Origin: Antedon mediterranea
Taxonomy: Eukaryota; Animalia; Echinodermata
Length of the DNA stretch: 64,000 bases
Assembly: GCF_964355755.1 (NCBI RefSeq)
Contig: NC_092676.1
Span: forward strand, 9,277,888-9,341,887
Reading direction: 5' to 3'
This document shows, in pieces, positions 51,510-64,000 of the stretch (its first letter is position 1; each line of letters starts with the position of its first letter). The notes beneath the pieces were generated by a model. That model saw only the letters and a list, made by a program, of their open reading frames with translations. It was not told the origin of the DNA and made no database searches. The position numbers and the translations under genes are program-made.

Positions 51510-51741
51510 GAAGGAATGGTGAATACGGCTGAGAAGAGTTATTTCATCAAGCCACTTAGACCAGAACATCGACGAAGAAGGAGCGCCAATACGCAAGACG
51601 AGACGATGCACGTGGTGTTCACACGTCACGTCCCAAAACAGACATGTGGTGTGACGAAACAAGACGAGGAAGAAACGCTACAGAGGACAACTAGATACAA
51701 GAGGAAAACAACAGAGAGAGTAACCAGAGACTTATACAGCA
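51510..51741 (+). CDS. ADAMTS-like exon 5 (cysteine switch, furin sites)
   Basis: EGMV...YFIKPL...RRRRS...HVVF...TCGV...RYKR. The donor at 51742 was chosen for phase compatibility. Confidence 0.82.
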
Positions 51742-51910
51742 GTAATCTAATTTTGTATTGATTACTTTTTTTCTTATCACTTTCTCTTCAGGGATAGTGC
51801 ACTTATTTACTTATTCGCCATGGTAGTGTTCTCTGGAAGTCACCAGTTCAAATCTAACCGTGTTCTTGTTTTTAAAATAATATACTAATGCTATTTTGTA
51901 TTTTGTACAG

Positions 51911-52029
51911 CTGCACAGCGTGTAACCGGAAAAAAGAATCTTGAAGTATTACTGACAGCTGATTATACAATGTTTAGACAATATGGAGAAGATAAGCTGA
52001 AAGAATATCTTATAGTTATTATGAATATT
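51911..52029 (+). CDS. ADAMTS-like exon 6 (start of catalytic domain)
   Basis: KNLEVLLTADYTMFRQYGEDKLKEYLIVIMNI; phase 1 to 0. Confidence 0.9.
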
Positions 52030-52721
52030 GTAAGTATATAATAACAAATGACGTGTTTGTCAGACAATTACCAAAACGGGTCCAATGTCAGATCGATTTT
52101 ATTCTAATTTAATGACACAATGTAAAGATGTACAACCGATAACCATTTTGGTGTTTTGACTATTCTTAAAACGCTTTTATTAGAATTTAAATGTAAAGAA
52201 ATGCTTTATTAAACAGGTCTGCAATGTTTTTTCATGTAGACGTTAATCAATTTTATTTCATTGTCTAAGGATCCAAACGGAAATAAGTTAATAACTTTTT
52301 TTTTTGCTATCCTGGAAAATCTTTTATAAATGTATTTATTTGTCATGTCAGTAATTTATAGTATCAATTTTTATGTATTTTTTATAATGATTTTCATAAT
52401 AAATTCAAATAAAATCACGAAGGCCTATCAAACTAAGAATTTTGAATTTCGCTACCGATTCAATGCGGTCAATGTACTGTTATTGTATATGTCTGAGGAA
52501 GGAAATCATGAAGAATTCATGAGATTAATTATGGCTTTTTAGAATAGGTCTATTTTTGAAAAATGAAATGAAATGATTTTTTTTCCTATATATTCTAACA
52601 TATTATAAAATCATCTGCCTATTTTGTTTTTTAAATTATTAATATCTATGACATAATGCTTTGTCGATACTGTAATGTATTCTAAATTATATAAAATACT
52701 AATGTGTGTTCTTAAATTCAG

Positions 52722-52805
52722 GTGGCGTCAATATTTAAACAAAACAGCCTGGGAGTTGACATGACAGTAACGTTGATCAAGTTGGTCATCATTAAACAAG
52801 AAAGT
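52722..52805 (+). CDS. ADAMTS-like exon 7
   Basis: VASIFKQNSLGVDMTVTLIKLVIIKQES; phase 0 to 0. Confidence 0.88.
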
Positions 52806-53137
52806 GTAAGTAAAAATAAACGTCCTTATACGTTTAAAATAGTAGTATTTCGGTTGCTAACACGTATAACGTATTGTCCCCCCAAAACAAGAAAAATAAT
52901 AATAGTAAATAATAAAATCAAGCCATTTTGTAGCTTTAATAAAGTTAATCACTTCTGCAGAAAAAAAACCAAAAAAATATTTTTACAAAACAAACGGTTA
53001 AATTCAACCAAAAACCAATTTGACTACTTTTTGCTCAACATTATTATTTTTGTTATCAGTTAAATATCTTCTTTTTTTTTCATTTAATTTTTGGTCAAAG
53101 TGAATAACTATGATGAGAACATTAAAATGACATTTAA

Positions 53138-53680
53138 AGATGTATTGTCCCTTGAAACACAAAAAATAAAATAAAAATATTCTAAATATATATTGGTTAT
53201 ATCAAAGTAATATTAAAGTTATTAACTTTAAGTCGAAAATTCAAAGCAAAAACAACAAGTTTACGTAATTAACAGGTAAATTAATTTGATTACATTTCGT
53301 CTGGAAAATCGTCACGAGCGAAAGTAAAAAAACATTTCAAACAACGAGTATGCATTATGCATGATGCTAATTAGGATTGTTTACAACTCGTCGCGGTTGA
53401 GAAGGTGTTTTCACACAGATCGCGAGGAAGTTTTATGATTATGCATACAGAGTAGCCAAACAAGCGTGTTGCATTATGAGATATGTTTTGATCGAAAACT
53501 TTGACTGGAAGTCAAAGTTATTTTTTGAACAAAAAAACGTCCGTATTTCGGTTAAATTAGTTTTTTTTACAACTAATTTTTGGTGAAAGTTAATAACTAT
53601 TATGATATTTCAAAATGACCCACTTTTTTTCGAAATAAAAAAAACATTTTTTTTTTATTAGTCAAAGGGACAATACATCT
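53138..53680. mobile_element. TTAA-targeting MITE (Kolobok-like)
   Basis: TIR AGATGTATTGTCCCT ... AGGGACAATACATCT, flanked by TTAA on both sides. Confidence 0.8.
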
Positions 53681-54046
53681 TTAAATATTTTAGATATTTA
53701 TACTATTTGAAAACTACCAAGACAGATTTAATTCCATAAATAACAATTTAAGTTAATGTATATCTTGTTTTGTCTTCTCGCCCACAATTGTTTTTGTTCA
53801 CATTTTAAACTTAATTTTCTGTAGTCCATACAGATTAAAAAAATATTTAAGAAAAATACTAACATACTAATACATAAGGATAACATAATTCAGAATGGTT
53901 TTCAATATAATCTTGTTTAAAACTATAACACCTTAACTAAAAGGAGACGCTAAACCATAGAACAGTGAGGGTCAACACACAAATGTTTTTAGGATCGAAA
54001 AAACCCAAATGTATTTATAATACACAAGATGTATTAACTGTTATAG

Positions 54047-54177
54047 TATGGACCTAATTTGGTAGCAGACGAAAATGGATTAGAAGCCTGGAGTGCAATA
54101 AAACAGTTTTCCGAATGGCAACTTAATGAAGAACAACACAAATTACTTAAACCGGATCTTGCTGCCATTGTTACAAG
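54047..54177 (+). CDS. ADAMTS-like exon 8
   Basis: YGPNLVADENGLEAWSAIKQFSEWQ...PDLAAIVTR; phase 0 to 2. Confidence 0.85.
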
Positions 54178-55254
54178 GTACTATATTCTACGATTTATTA
54201 TTCTTGTAATTGTGGTCACATGACGGCTCTACTAGTACTACTAGTTTAACAGGGGCTAGACCTAGGTAGGTTAACAGCAGGACTAGACCATTACAAATTT
54301 CTGATTGACAAAATAAGAAAAATAGGCCACTTTGCATGTTTTGACACATTATGCCTAAAACCGAATATCAGCAGCTTTGGGTGGGTGTCCGATTAAAGAC
54401 GGCTTTATCAGATAGACGGTCCTATTAAATCCACCCCTGTTAGACCATTGCTATAAAACAGTCTTAGCTGAGACCGCGTACAGCAAAAAAAATGAGGGCA
54501 TACTTTCAGCGTAGAATACTAAATAAGGTAATGTTCGTCACGCTTGCTAAATTCACAATCTACGCGAGAAATTCTATTCTAGGCCTTATAAGATCACCGT
54601 TATTATTTGATGTAACACTTAAAAGTCGTTCGATTGGTTGTCTTTCACGATCAATAATACGTCTAATCAACAAAAAGAGAGGTTTAAGACTGTTTTCGGG
54701 TAGGCTTACAGGTTAGACCGCGGCATAGCAATAGTCTATAATAAAAACTACTTGCTAGGAATCCGCCCCTGGTATCTATTAGCAAAATAAATCAATAAAT
54801 AAATACCAACCGACCCTGTTTGTCAATCTTTACAATACGAAACAGAAATGAATATTGTTGGGTTAAACAAGTCAACGATTTGCTTTTTTACACTGGCTAT
54901 TGTTACATCTGGTACGATCAGAAAGTAATATAGGCCTAAGTGTATTAATGATTTTAAACTTCATGATTTAAAAAAACATATGTTGAGCAGTTTAAAACCC
55001 ATTCAAAATTAAAGTATTTTCAATTATTATTAATTAATCATTTATTATTATTAAATACACCCTATTAGCCTATAGATAGGAAACGTAAAAGAGTTACAAA
55101 CAAAATTTTGTTTAGGCGTTCTAGATAGAAAAGGATAGATAGAACAAAGCTCAACACCAAGAACGTTTTTTAAAGTTTGTAATTGAAGTTTTAATAGAAG
55201 ATGAAATTCATTTATGTGTCCTTTCTATAGAAATATCAGAGCCAAAGTTTTAAT

Positions 55255-58200
55255 GTTTTATTTATTTTATTTTATTTTATTTCAACCACATCCAACAGTG
55301 AAAAATCGCCAATTACAGTTTACCTTAAAACTCTTTAGATAAAAATATAGAATTAAAAGCACATAAAAAAACAAAACATCAAACATACAAAATGGCAAAC
55401 TTAAATCGATTTAAGAACTTTAGACTTAAATATGGACAAAGTGTCAAAAAAATATCTTTAATAGAAACTGAATTAAAAAGCTTGGATAATCTTTGAACGA
55501 AATCATTTTTGGTAACGTTGACTCGACAACGGGCAAGGTTGGGAGTTTGGTCGATTAATTTTGAGAGAAAAAAAATGACAAAATGTTACATTTAAAAAGG
55601 GAGTTGAAGCATTTGAAAAGAAATACCAAATCGAAAAAGCTTCTCCGAGTGTGAAGCGAGGGAAGATGAATTAAAAGACCAGGATTCGTGTGGTTAATAA
55701 AGTAAATAAACTTGGATTGAACCCGTTCGATACGATTTGATTGGGAGATAGAAATGGAATTGTAAATTGTTGATGAAAAGTCAAAAATAGGTCGGGCAAG
55801 AGAGATATAAAGTTTGAGTTTAGTAACACTATCGATATGTTTACTGTGACGCCAAAGCATACCTAATATTCTATTACCCTTAGCAAAAATTATGATCAAC
55901 ATGTTTATTAAAGTTAAGCTTCGAATCAATATAAATACCAAGATCCTTTTGAAAGTTAACCCTATCAGTAGAAAGTCGTTTAATAGTGTAATCAAAATTA
56001 ATAATTTGTTTTTTAAGTGATAAAGTAAGAATCTGACACGGATTTAAGAACATTGTTCATGTGTCAGACCAATTGCATAGCCTAACAAGATCTTGTTGAA
56101 TAAGAAGAGAATCATTAGGCCTAATAGTATTAACTATCCGATACAATTTAATATCGTCCGCAAAAATGAGGCATTGCGAATGTACAAACATTTCGGAAAC
56201 ATCATTGACAAACATAGAGAAGAGCAAAGGCCCAATATGGAACCCTGCGGAACTCCGAATGTAACGGCCAACCACGTAGATGTACAACTATTAAAGTTAA
56301 CACGTTGGAAATGATTGTCAAGATAGTTACGAATCCAAGATCGATCCAGGATCGCAAATGCCAAATTGTTTGACCTTGTAAACTAGCAGATCGTGGCAGA
56401 CTTTATCGAACGCTTTTGAATAGTCAGTGTAGACAATGTCACACTGATATGCAACTGATAGCATAGTAGCAAGATTGGTCTGACACAATCTGCCAGAGAC
56501 AAAGCCATGTTGGACAGGAGAGAGAACGGGTGATATATGAGAAGAAATCTTATTATAAACAATTTTTAAAACTTTTAGAGAGAGTAGGAAGCAACGGCTA
56601 TTGGGCGAAAGTTCTCAATATTAAAACGAGAACCAGCTTTAATCTATCGCAGCCAGACGTTTTATGAGGATTAATATTCTTTAGAAGTATTGCAACCTCA
56701 TTAGATTTGACAGAAATATTTGAAAGAGTATTAATGGGATATTCAGCAAGATCAGGAAATGTAGAAATCTTAACATCATTAAATACAGAGTTAAAAAATA
56801 AATTAAACAAATATGCTTTATCTATATCACTACAAGCTTCAGTAGCTCCATACTTGAGTATGGACGGGGCTGTTTGTTTATAGTTATTCTTAGCCCATAA
56901 CCAAAATCGTTTAGGGTTCTCATTTCATTTTTTTAGATAGAGAGCAAGTATAATTAGAATACTTAATTCTACAAAGTTGTTCAAAATTTCTGCGAGAATT
57001 GATATATTCATTGTTATGAAAATCAGTACGATATTGTCTATATAATTTACGTCGATTTTTTTTAATATTTAACGCTTTACGAAGGTCTTTATCGAAACAA
57101 GGAGGTAATCGTGGGAACCATATCTTAAATAGTAGATGAGACAAAATTATAAAAAGCATCTAGACAACCATTGGCATTATCAAAGCTCTTAAGGATATCC
57201 CAGGGTATACGATCAAAAATATTGCACATATCAGCCCAGTTCGTTTTAGAAAAGTTAAAAATAGTTCTAAAGGTATGACTATCACGAGCATAGGAATCCA
57301 AATCAAACTTAATATGAAGGGGCTCATGATCAGAATCAAAGATCGAGTCATCAATGGAAACACTACAATTATATTTAAAGTTACTATTAAAAAGAACAAG
57401 TAAATATTATTAAAACGAGTATTTGAAAAATTATATTGCGAGAGGTTAAAATGGTTAAGAAGTTGATCAGAAAAACAAACATTAATAGCAGAGTCGGATT
57501 TAAAAGTATGACTACCGTCGTCATTCCACTGAAAATCGGGTAGGTTAAAATCACCGACTAGGAGATTGATAAAGAAGCTCCATGTGTTCAGCGTTGTTGT
57601 TTGGTGGTCCAACAATACACGTTTTTCTATTTGAAGCCTTTAGTTTAATTCACTGCCAGCAATTTCGTATTGAACCAGTCTGGTTGACTTAAACCGATTA
57701 CAGTCATTAACGTAGATATTAAGCCATGTTTCACATAAGGCTACTACATCGTACTTCCCATTGAGTAGATTCGCCCAGAACTGATCGGTAGTCATCCAAT
57801 TTAAATTTTACGCTACGCACGTTTTGAAAGTAAATATTAACTTCCTTGGGTCCTGGGTTAGTTTCCACGTCACAACAAAAAACGAGTTCACGTAAACAAT
57901 CAACATGATTAGGACAGTACTGGCTCAGGTTGCCGATATTTCTGGATTTACTTCTTATTTATAAAACGACCATCTTGTTCAGGTAAGGATAGCAATGTCA
58001 AGCTTGCAATCATTTGATGTTAAAACAACAGACGTCAAGTACGAACAAAATACAGGAGACAAAGGCTTAAACTGGAATCAAAAACGAACGTCATAACGAT
58101 AATCAAAGTCTGAGTATTGGTAAATGCACAAGACGATCAACAGTAAATTTATAAAAAAGAAAACTTGCCCATGATTCCAGGATCAGTAAGTCGAAAATTA

Positions 58201-58500
58201 AACAGGAACTCAGGCTTACGGACGATCAAAATCCTCAAAGTAAATCACATAGGCCTATTCAAGAGAATATTAAAATAGTATAATGTACAGAAGATAAAAT
58301 ACTGTATAAAAATATGGTATAAAAAGCTGATCTGTACTGTACTATAAAAGCAATCAGGTTCAATGCGGTAGACAAATCATCAAAGCAAACTGATGTGATT
58401 TCCTAGGCCAAGAGGCCTTTCTAGACAAAGTGCAGCGGGAAATTCAAGTTGCATTTCACGCTCGAAAAAAGTGGCCTAGCGGAGCTCGTTATTGAACGTC
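55255..58500 (-). mobile_element. Decayed near-full-length CR1/Jockey-group LINE in intron 8
   Basis: Minus strand: APE motifs DVVALCETWL and VGDFNLP; RT motifs QHGFVSGR, YTDYSKAFDKV, GVPQGSILG and FADDIKLY; (AAAAT)n tail at about 55255-55282. 5' boundary approximate. Confidence 0.85.
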
Positions 58501-58789
58501 CGCACAGTACGACAGTACAATCAATAAATGTTATATATGTTATAGTTTAAACTATAATGAATAACAAAAACATTACACAAGAGGTCGCACATTTTGTTTT
58601 TATTGGCCACGAAAAAAAGACAAACATGTTATGTTGATTAATTAGTTTTTACTTTTGTAAAATATAAGGGTCTGAGGCCTGTATATTATGTTCGAATAAA
58701 ATCCCTGAAAAGGGACTGGGATTTTATTGACTAAAAAAATAAAATAATACTTGATAATGAAAATTTTTTTATATTAGTCATAGTCATAT

Positions 58790-60755
58790 AGTCATAGTCA
58801 TATATACTTTATTGTCCATTTAAAAAAAAACCAGAAATGTGATTTGAAAACTGGAAAAATACAAAATATAAATATAAAATACAATTTACAAAACACACAC
58901 AAAAACTTAAGAGGCTAAAAATTGTTAAAATTAGATAAATATTAGTATTATTCAATTATATTATATGATTTATTATTATATTGCACTAACGATGAAGTTA
59001 AAAAAGTAAAGTTTATATAAAAGCGTTAAAAATACATGCGTGAGCTATAAAATAAACAAAAGCGGTTACGTTTTATCTTTGTACTCTGGAGTTATATAAG
59101 TGTATAACATTAGGTACAAACGAGCACCTAAACCGTTTTGTTTTGGTATTAAGTGCACGTAGTCTTATGCCAGAATTCATGAGGGCAAATTGTTTGTGAA
59201 GAGGATGTGTTTCATCCTCAATGATACTTTTTACTTTTTTTAGCACATTTTCTTTATACAAGGATTCAACATCAGGTAAGTGCTCTCCTACTAGTCTAAT
59301 TGCTCTATTTCCTATTCGATTAAGTTTAATTTTATCTTTTTGCATTGTATTACCATAAAAACAAACATTACAAAAAAGTATTACACTGAGAATTACAGAG
59401 TTATAAAACAATTTAAGTATAGTTTTGTCAATTTGTAGGTACTTCATTTTTCTTAAAATAAACATCCTTTGGTTGGCTTTGCATGTGGCTTTATTTACAT
59501 TATTTATCCAATTTAGCTTATTGTCAATTATACAACCCAGATATTTGTACTCATTTACTACTTCAATCTCATTTTCATTTATAATCAGAGGTTCTAAGGG
59601 TTCTTTAATTTTCCTAAAATCAATTTGCATTTCTTTTGTTTTCTTTATGTTTAGCTTCAGGTTGTTGTTGCAGCACCAGTGATAAAAATCACATCTTAGT
59701 TGTCTATAGCTTGTTTCATCATTGCCAGTAATGTATCCAGTGATTACTGTGTCATCTGCATATTTTACTATACAACATTCATTTGAATTGGCTCTGAAAC
59801 TGCTGGTGAACAGTGAAAACAACATTGGGGAGATAACAGACCCTTGTGGCGTGCCAATGCTAACAGTTCTTTTATCAGATAAAATACCGTTTAGTTTAAC
59901 ATACTGGAACCTTTTTGTTAAGAAATTATATATCCATGAAGTCAATGTGTCGTTTACGTTCATTTCTTTAAGTTTGCATACTAATGAACCAGGTTCAACG
60001 GTATTAAAAGCACTAGAAAAATCTATATACAAACATCTTACATATAATTTAGGCACATCTAAATGTTGGTAAATATTGTGTAAGTGGAAGAGAACAGCAT
60101 CTTCAACACTTCTATTACTCTGATAGGCAAATTGGAGAGGATCGAGAAAAAATTTGGTCTGATCAAGCAACTGCCTGAGTACAATCTTTTCTAGGCACTT
60201 ACCAACATTGAATGTGATAGCTATTGGCCTATAGTCATTAAGTTCCTTGGGATTTTTTATCTTAGGAATTGGTGAGATACAGGCCGTTTTTCATTTATTG
60301 GGCACTGTACCACTTGCTAAACTCTCATTAAAAAGTTTGGTATATATCGGTGCCAACTCTTGGTTGCAGTATTTAATAACACGATTTCCAATTCCATCAG
60401 GGCCAGTACTTTTACCAGGCTTTACTTTGGCGAATACATTACGCACATCAACTACATTTATGACTGCATTGTTTACTAATGAAGTCTCATTTTCGCGGAT
60501 TACTTTGTCTTCATTTTCATTTTTGGTAACTAATATCTCGGATGCAAAACGACAGAAAAAGTTGTTTAAGTCATTAGCGAAGTTCTCACTTCCATGTACA
60601 CGCAATATGGTTTCTTTGTAGCCGGTTAGTGTTTTAATTGCTTTCCATGCTGCTTTAGGATTTTTGTCTTTAAATTTATTTTCTAGTGTTTTTTTGTATT
60701 TCAGTTTGCTATTTTTTATACACTTGTTTATTTCTTTTTGAATTTCTTTGACTTT
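58790..60755 (-). mobile_element. 5'-truncated Rex1/Babar-like LINE in intron 8
   Basis: RT ORF at 59073-60170 with LDPLQFAY, DFSSAFNT, GTPQGSVISP, KYADD, YKYLG and KANQRMFILRKM. An upstream stop at about 60291. (TGACTA)n tail near 58776-58805. Confidence 0.88.
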
Positions 60756-60803
60756 AGGAGTATCTTTTCTTATTTTTATATTATTATATAACTATTATTT
60801 TAG

Positions 60804-60965
60804 GCATGACTTGTATGGATTTAAGCAAGACGGTACGATCGAATTGAATGTGGCTGGACGTTCTTTCGGTATTGGGACCACCTGCAACACTCTGAATCGA
60901 TGTTCTATAAATGAGGATAACGGGTTTAGAACCGCCATAACAATAGCGCACGAGATGGGACACAA
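60804..60965 (+). CDS. ADAMTS-like exon 9 (HExxH)
   Basis: HDLYGF...CSINEDNGFRTAITIAHEMGH; phase 2 to 2. Confidence 0.92.
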
Positions 60966-62075
60966 GTAAGAAATGTAATCTTATACAAATAATGAATGTT
61001 TATATAACATCTAAATATATTCAATTGAATTAGATTGAATATTAAGTCAGGCCTACCTTTGATTCACATTTAAAAAGTAAAATTTACCATTAAATTTAAC
61101 ATATTTACATTTTAAACAATTATATATATATACTCTATAATATACTCTACAGCTCACTATGTCGGTCGGTATGTCGGTCGGTCGGTCGGTAAACACTAAC
61201 TTGAGAACGCGACTCCAGCCATCTATATAGCCTTGTTTATAATATATTAAATAATATATTTATTTAGATTTTATAAAATCACCTACTGTAGATTAAGTCA
61301 ACAAACGATCACGTCTAACGTAGAGTTGTTCCCATTTAAGTATTATTTAAAGATAGTTAATAGTGCGTACTTCGTTAATAGTGCGTACTATTGCACACCA
61401 TGTGACCCACAATCGTCCAATAAAATGACAGGAAATTATTTATTATGTTTTTATTGTTAAAAATCACACCTGTTCTTATATACGTATCACGTGTAATTTT
61501 TAATTGGCCTAACGAAAAAGTGATATCTAATGGTGTTAAAGCGCTCTAATGCACGTTCAGCTTTTTGTAAACATTTTGAGAATTTTTGCCACGCGACGTA
61601 ACTGATCACGTTCGGAAATTAACTTGTTGGGCTCGCCGTCTATAACTGTTCCGCGTCTAAGACTGGATCACTGATTTTTTAATTAATTAATTTTTAATTT
61701 AGCTTCCCAGACTGGCATTCATCATTAATGATTTATGAATATATTGAATAAAAGTAAGTGTGTTAGAAAGTAATTATTGAATGTTTTGTATTCGTTGAAC
61801 GGAGATGTTTTATTTGATCTATTCAATTTTTAAACTCATGAAATATTCTCACCATCCAACCTATAAACATTCAATGTATACCGTCAACTAGACAATGAAA
61901 ACGATTAATTAGTTTATTAATTTTCTCAGTACTATACACACATAAGATATATTGGGTATAATACATTTTATCCATCAATTATATCAGAGCATAAAAAGAA
62001 TGTAAGATAAAAAACTATTCCACACACATCAAAAACCATTGTAATTTACAATGAATCACTCTTGTATTGTAATAG

Positions 62076-62216
62076 TCTTGGAATGTTTCATGACGGGGGA
62101 AGATTCAACGATTGTCTCCCAAATAAAAACATAATGGCAGCAGGTACTGCAGCGCAGGGCTTTGAAGGAATCCAGTGGTCGACATGTGGTGCCAACTATC
62201 TTAAAGAATATCTACA
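62076..62216 (+). CDS. ADAMTS-like exon 10 (third zinc His, Met-turn); gene continues beyond the window
   Basis: (N)LGMFHDG...C...NIMA...WSTCGANYLKEYL completes the motif HEMGHNLGMFHD. Confidence 0.92.
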
Positions 62217-62789
62217 GTAAGTATTATTTGAATTATTTTAAATGACCGTGGTGTATCACATGCATTGGGTGGTGAAAATATATGCTTTATAAACTCTCAA
62301 TATTTTGTCCTTAAATGTGATTACTTGTAAAATCATTGATATCCTAGTTTGGACAACTTGGCATTTATTTGGTAACTAACTAATATGGATATTAAAATGT
62401 TGACCTTTGACCTTATGTCAACAGATGAAATTGACCTTATGTCAACTGATTGATTAACAGGATGAGAGAACATCCAATTTTTGTTAAATATTAGTTTTTA
62501 TTTGGTAAATTGGTACGATCTATGATTGGTTAATATTGACATTTGACCCTTAATCACAAAGGATTTTTTTTTCATAAGGTGATTGAATAGTATAATCATA
62601 ACTATGTAATAAAAGACCAAATTGTGCTTCAATAAATTTGTTATAATACATATTTAATTTAAACATCTTTTGAAACTAACTTCCGCGACAGAGTGGGCCG
62701 TTTTGGCCCAAGAAAGAAGACATTTTAGACGGCTTGCAACATGGCCAGAGATCCCGGTCCTAACGGGACACAGATATTAATATTCACAG

Positions 62790-63880
62790 AATTGCGTGTC
62801 TGGATGAAAAACAACTTTCTTAAATTAAATGATGAAAAAACAGAATTTGTTCTCTTTGGATCAAAACAGCAGTTGGAAAAACTGCCACCAAGCTTTATTC
62901 ACATTGGTGAAACCCAAATTGACCCGGCTAGGCAGGTTAGAAATCTTGGAGTTGAAATGGATGTGGGTATGACTATGATTTCTCATATCTCAAAAACTAT
63001 TTCTGCGTCGTCTTTTCACTTGCGAAACATCCGAAGGATTCGCAAGTTTATAAATGAGACAGCAACTAAACAACTTGTTCATGCTTTTGTCACTTTACGA
63101 CTGGATATGGGAAACTCTTTGCTACATGGGATACCACAAAAACAACTCCACAGGCTCCAACTGATTCAAAATACAGCGGCACGAGTTGTTAAAAAATTAC
63201 CAAGATATGGACACATATCAAATACTTTGGAAATACTGCATTGGCTCCTTGTTAGGTACTGCATTGTTTTTAAAATATTACTCTAATACTCTTTGTTTTT
63301 AAGTCTATAAATGGCATGGCTCCTGAATATATTTCTGACATGCTTAGGCTGTATGTTCCCGGACGTAATCTGCGTTCTAGTGACTCGCTGCTTCTACATC
63401 AGCCTAAGTCTCACCACTCATGGGGAGACAGAGCATTCTCCGTTACTGCTCCTCGTCTGTGGAATGCTCTACCGAGCTCTATAAGATTTTGCAAAACTTT
63501 TGATACTTTTAAAAAATTATTAAAAACACATTTATTCATTAAGGCATATGGAAATCACGAGGTTTCTTAAAGTTGTTTAGACTTAGAATTGTTTTGTATA
63601 CCTTTTCTTGGCCAGCATTATCTTTGGGGTGCGTCTGTCTTGGTTGTTGTCTCTGAGCACCCGGTCGTCTGTGGCAAGGCAAATATGTATCCTGTTCCTT
63701 TGTTTGGTCACCTAGGTAGGGGTCCGGGACCGCGACTGAACGACAACGGATGGGGACCCTCCAAAGAAATTTCATTTTATTTGTCAGGAATTTGTATGAT
63801 TTATTTCTTTTTTTTAAATGCGCCTTGAGCACTCTGGAGTGGTATGTGCGCTATAAAAATCTTATTATTATCATTATTCC
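62790..63880 (+). mobile_element. 5'-truncated L2-clade LINE
   Basis: WMKNNFLKLNDEKTE, VRNLGV, LVHAFV, LQLIQNTAAR, LHWL, GDRAFSVTAPRLWNALP, FKKLLKTHLF, plus an L2-like 3' end GCGCCTTGAG...GCGCTATAAAAAT. Confidence 0.88.
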
Positions 63881-64000
63881 TGCCAGCTTACTCAATAAAA
63901 CTCGGCTATAAGGATTTCACTCGATTTTAAACAAAATGTCATTAGATCTCCCTATGTAGTTTTATAATACTATTCCCCACAATATATTTCGATGCTTTAT

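Noticed and set aside
47004-62216. Assigning the gene symbol ADAMTS13
   Set aside because: The ancillary domains lie outside the window and orthology cannot be established without a phylogeny.

Overview
AT-rich eukaryotic (animal, most likely marine invertebrate) genomic DNA, dense in transposable elements. It has spliced GT-AG genes and no prokaryotic features. Main contents: (1) a near-complete Helentron/Helitron2 (2422-8534) with 23-aa STPR-like repeats, a Cys/His zinc motif, an OTU-like domain, a Rep domain missing its N-terminal half, a PIF1 helicase and an APE endonuclease. (2) The frameshifted 3' exons (TSP1-CUB-CUB) of an ADAMTS-like pseudogene. (3) An approximately 18-kb CCCAG-ended, CMC/EnSpm-like element (17949-35943) inserted in that pseudogene's last intron. 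It has no visible transposase but carries a decayed spliced DUF4806-like gene, a 1.6-kb tandem amplification, subterminal satellites and a nested 3.6-kb sister element. (4) A tyrosine-kinase-like pseudogene split by a MITE. (5) An apparently intact 10-exon 5' portion of an ADAMTS/reprolysin metalloprotease gene (47004 to beyond 62216) with LINE-filled introns. Many MITEs, tRNA-derived SINEs and LINE fragments fill the rest. All calls come from reading and hand-translating the sequence; no database searches were run.
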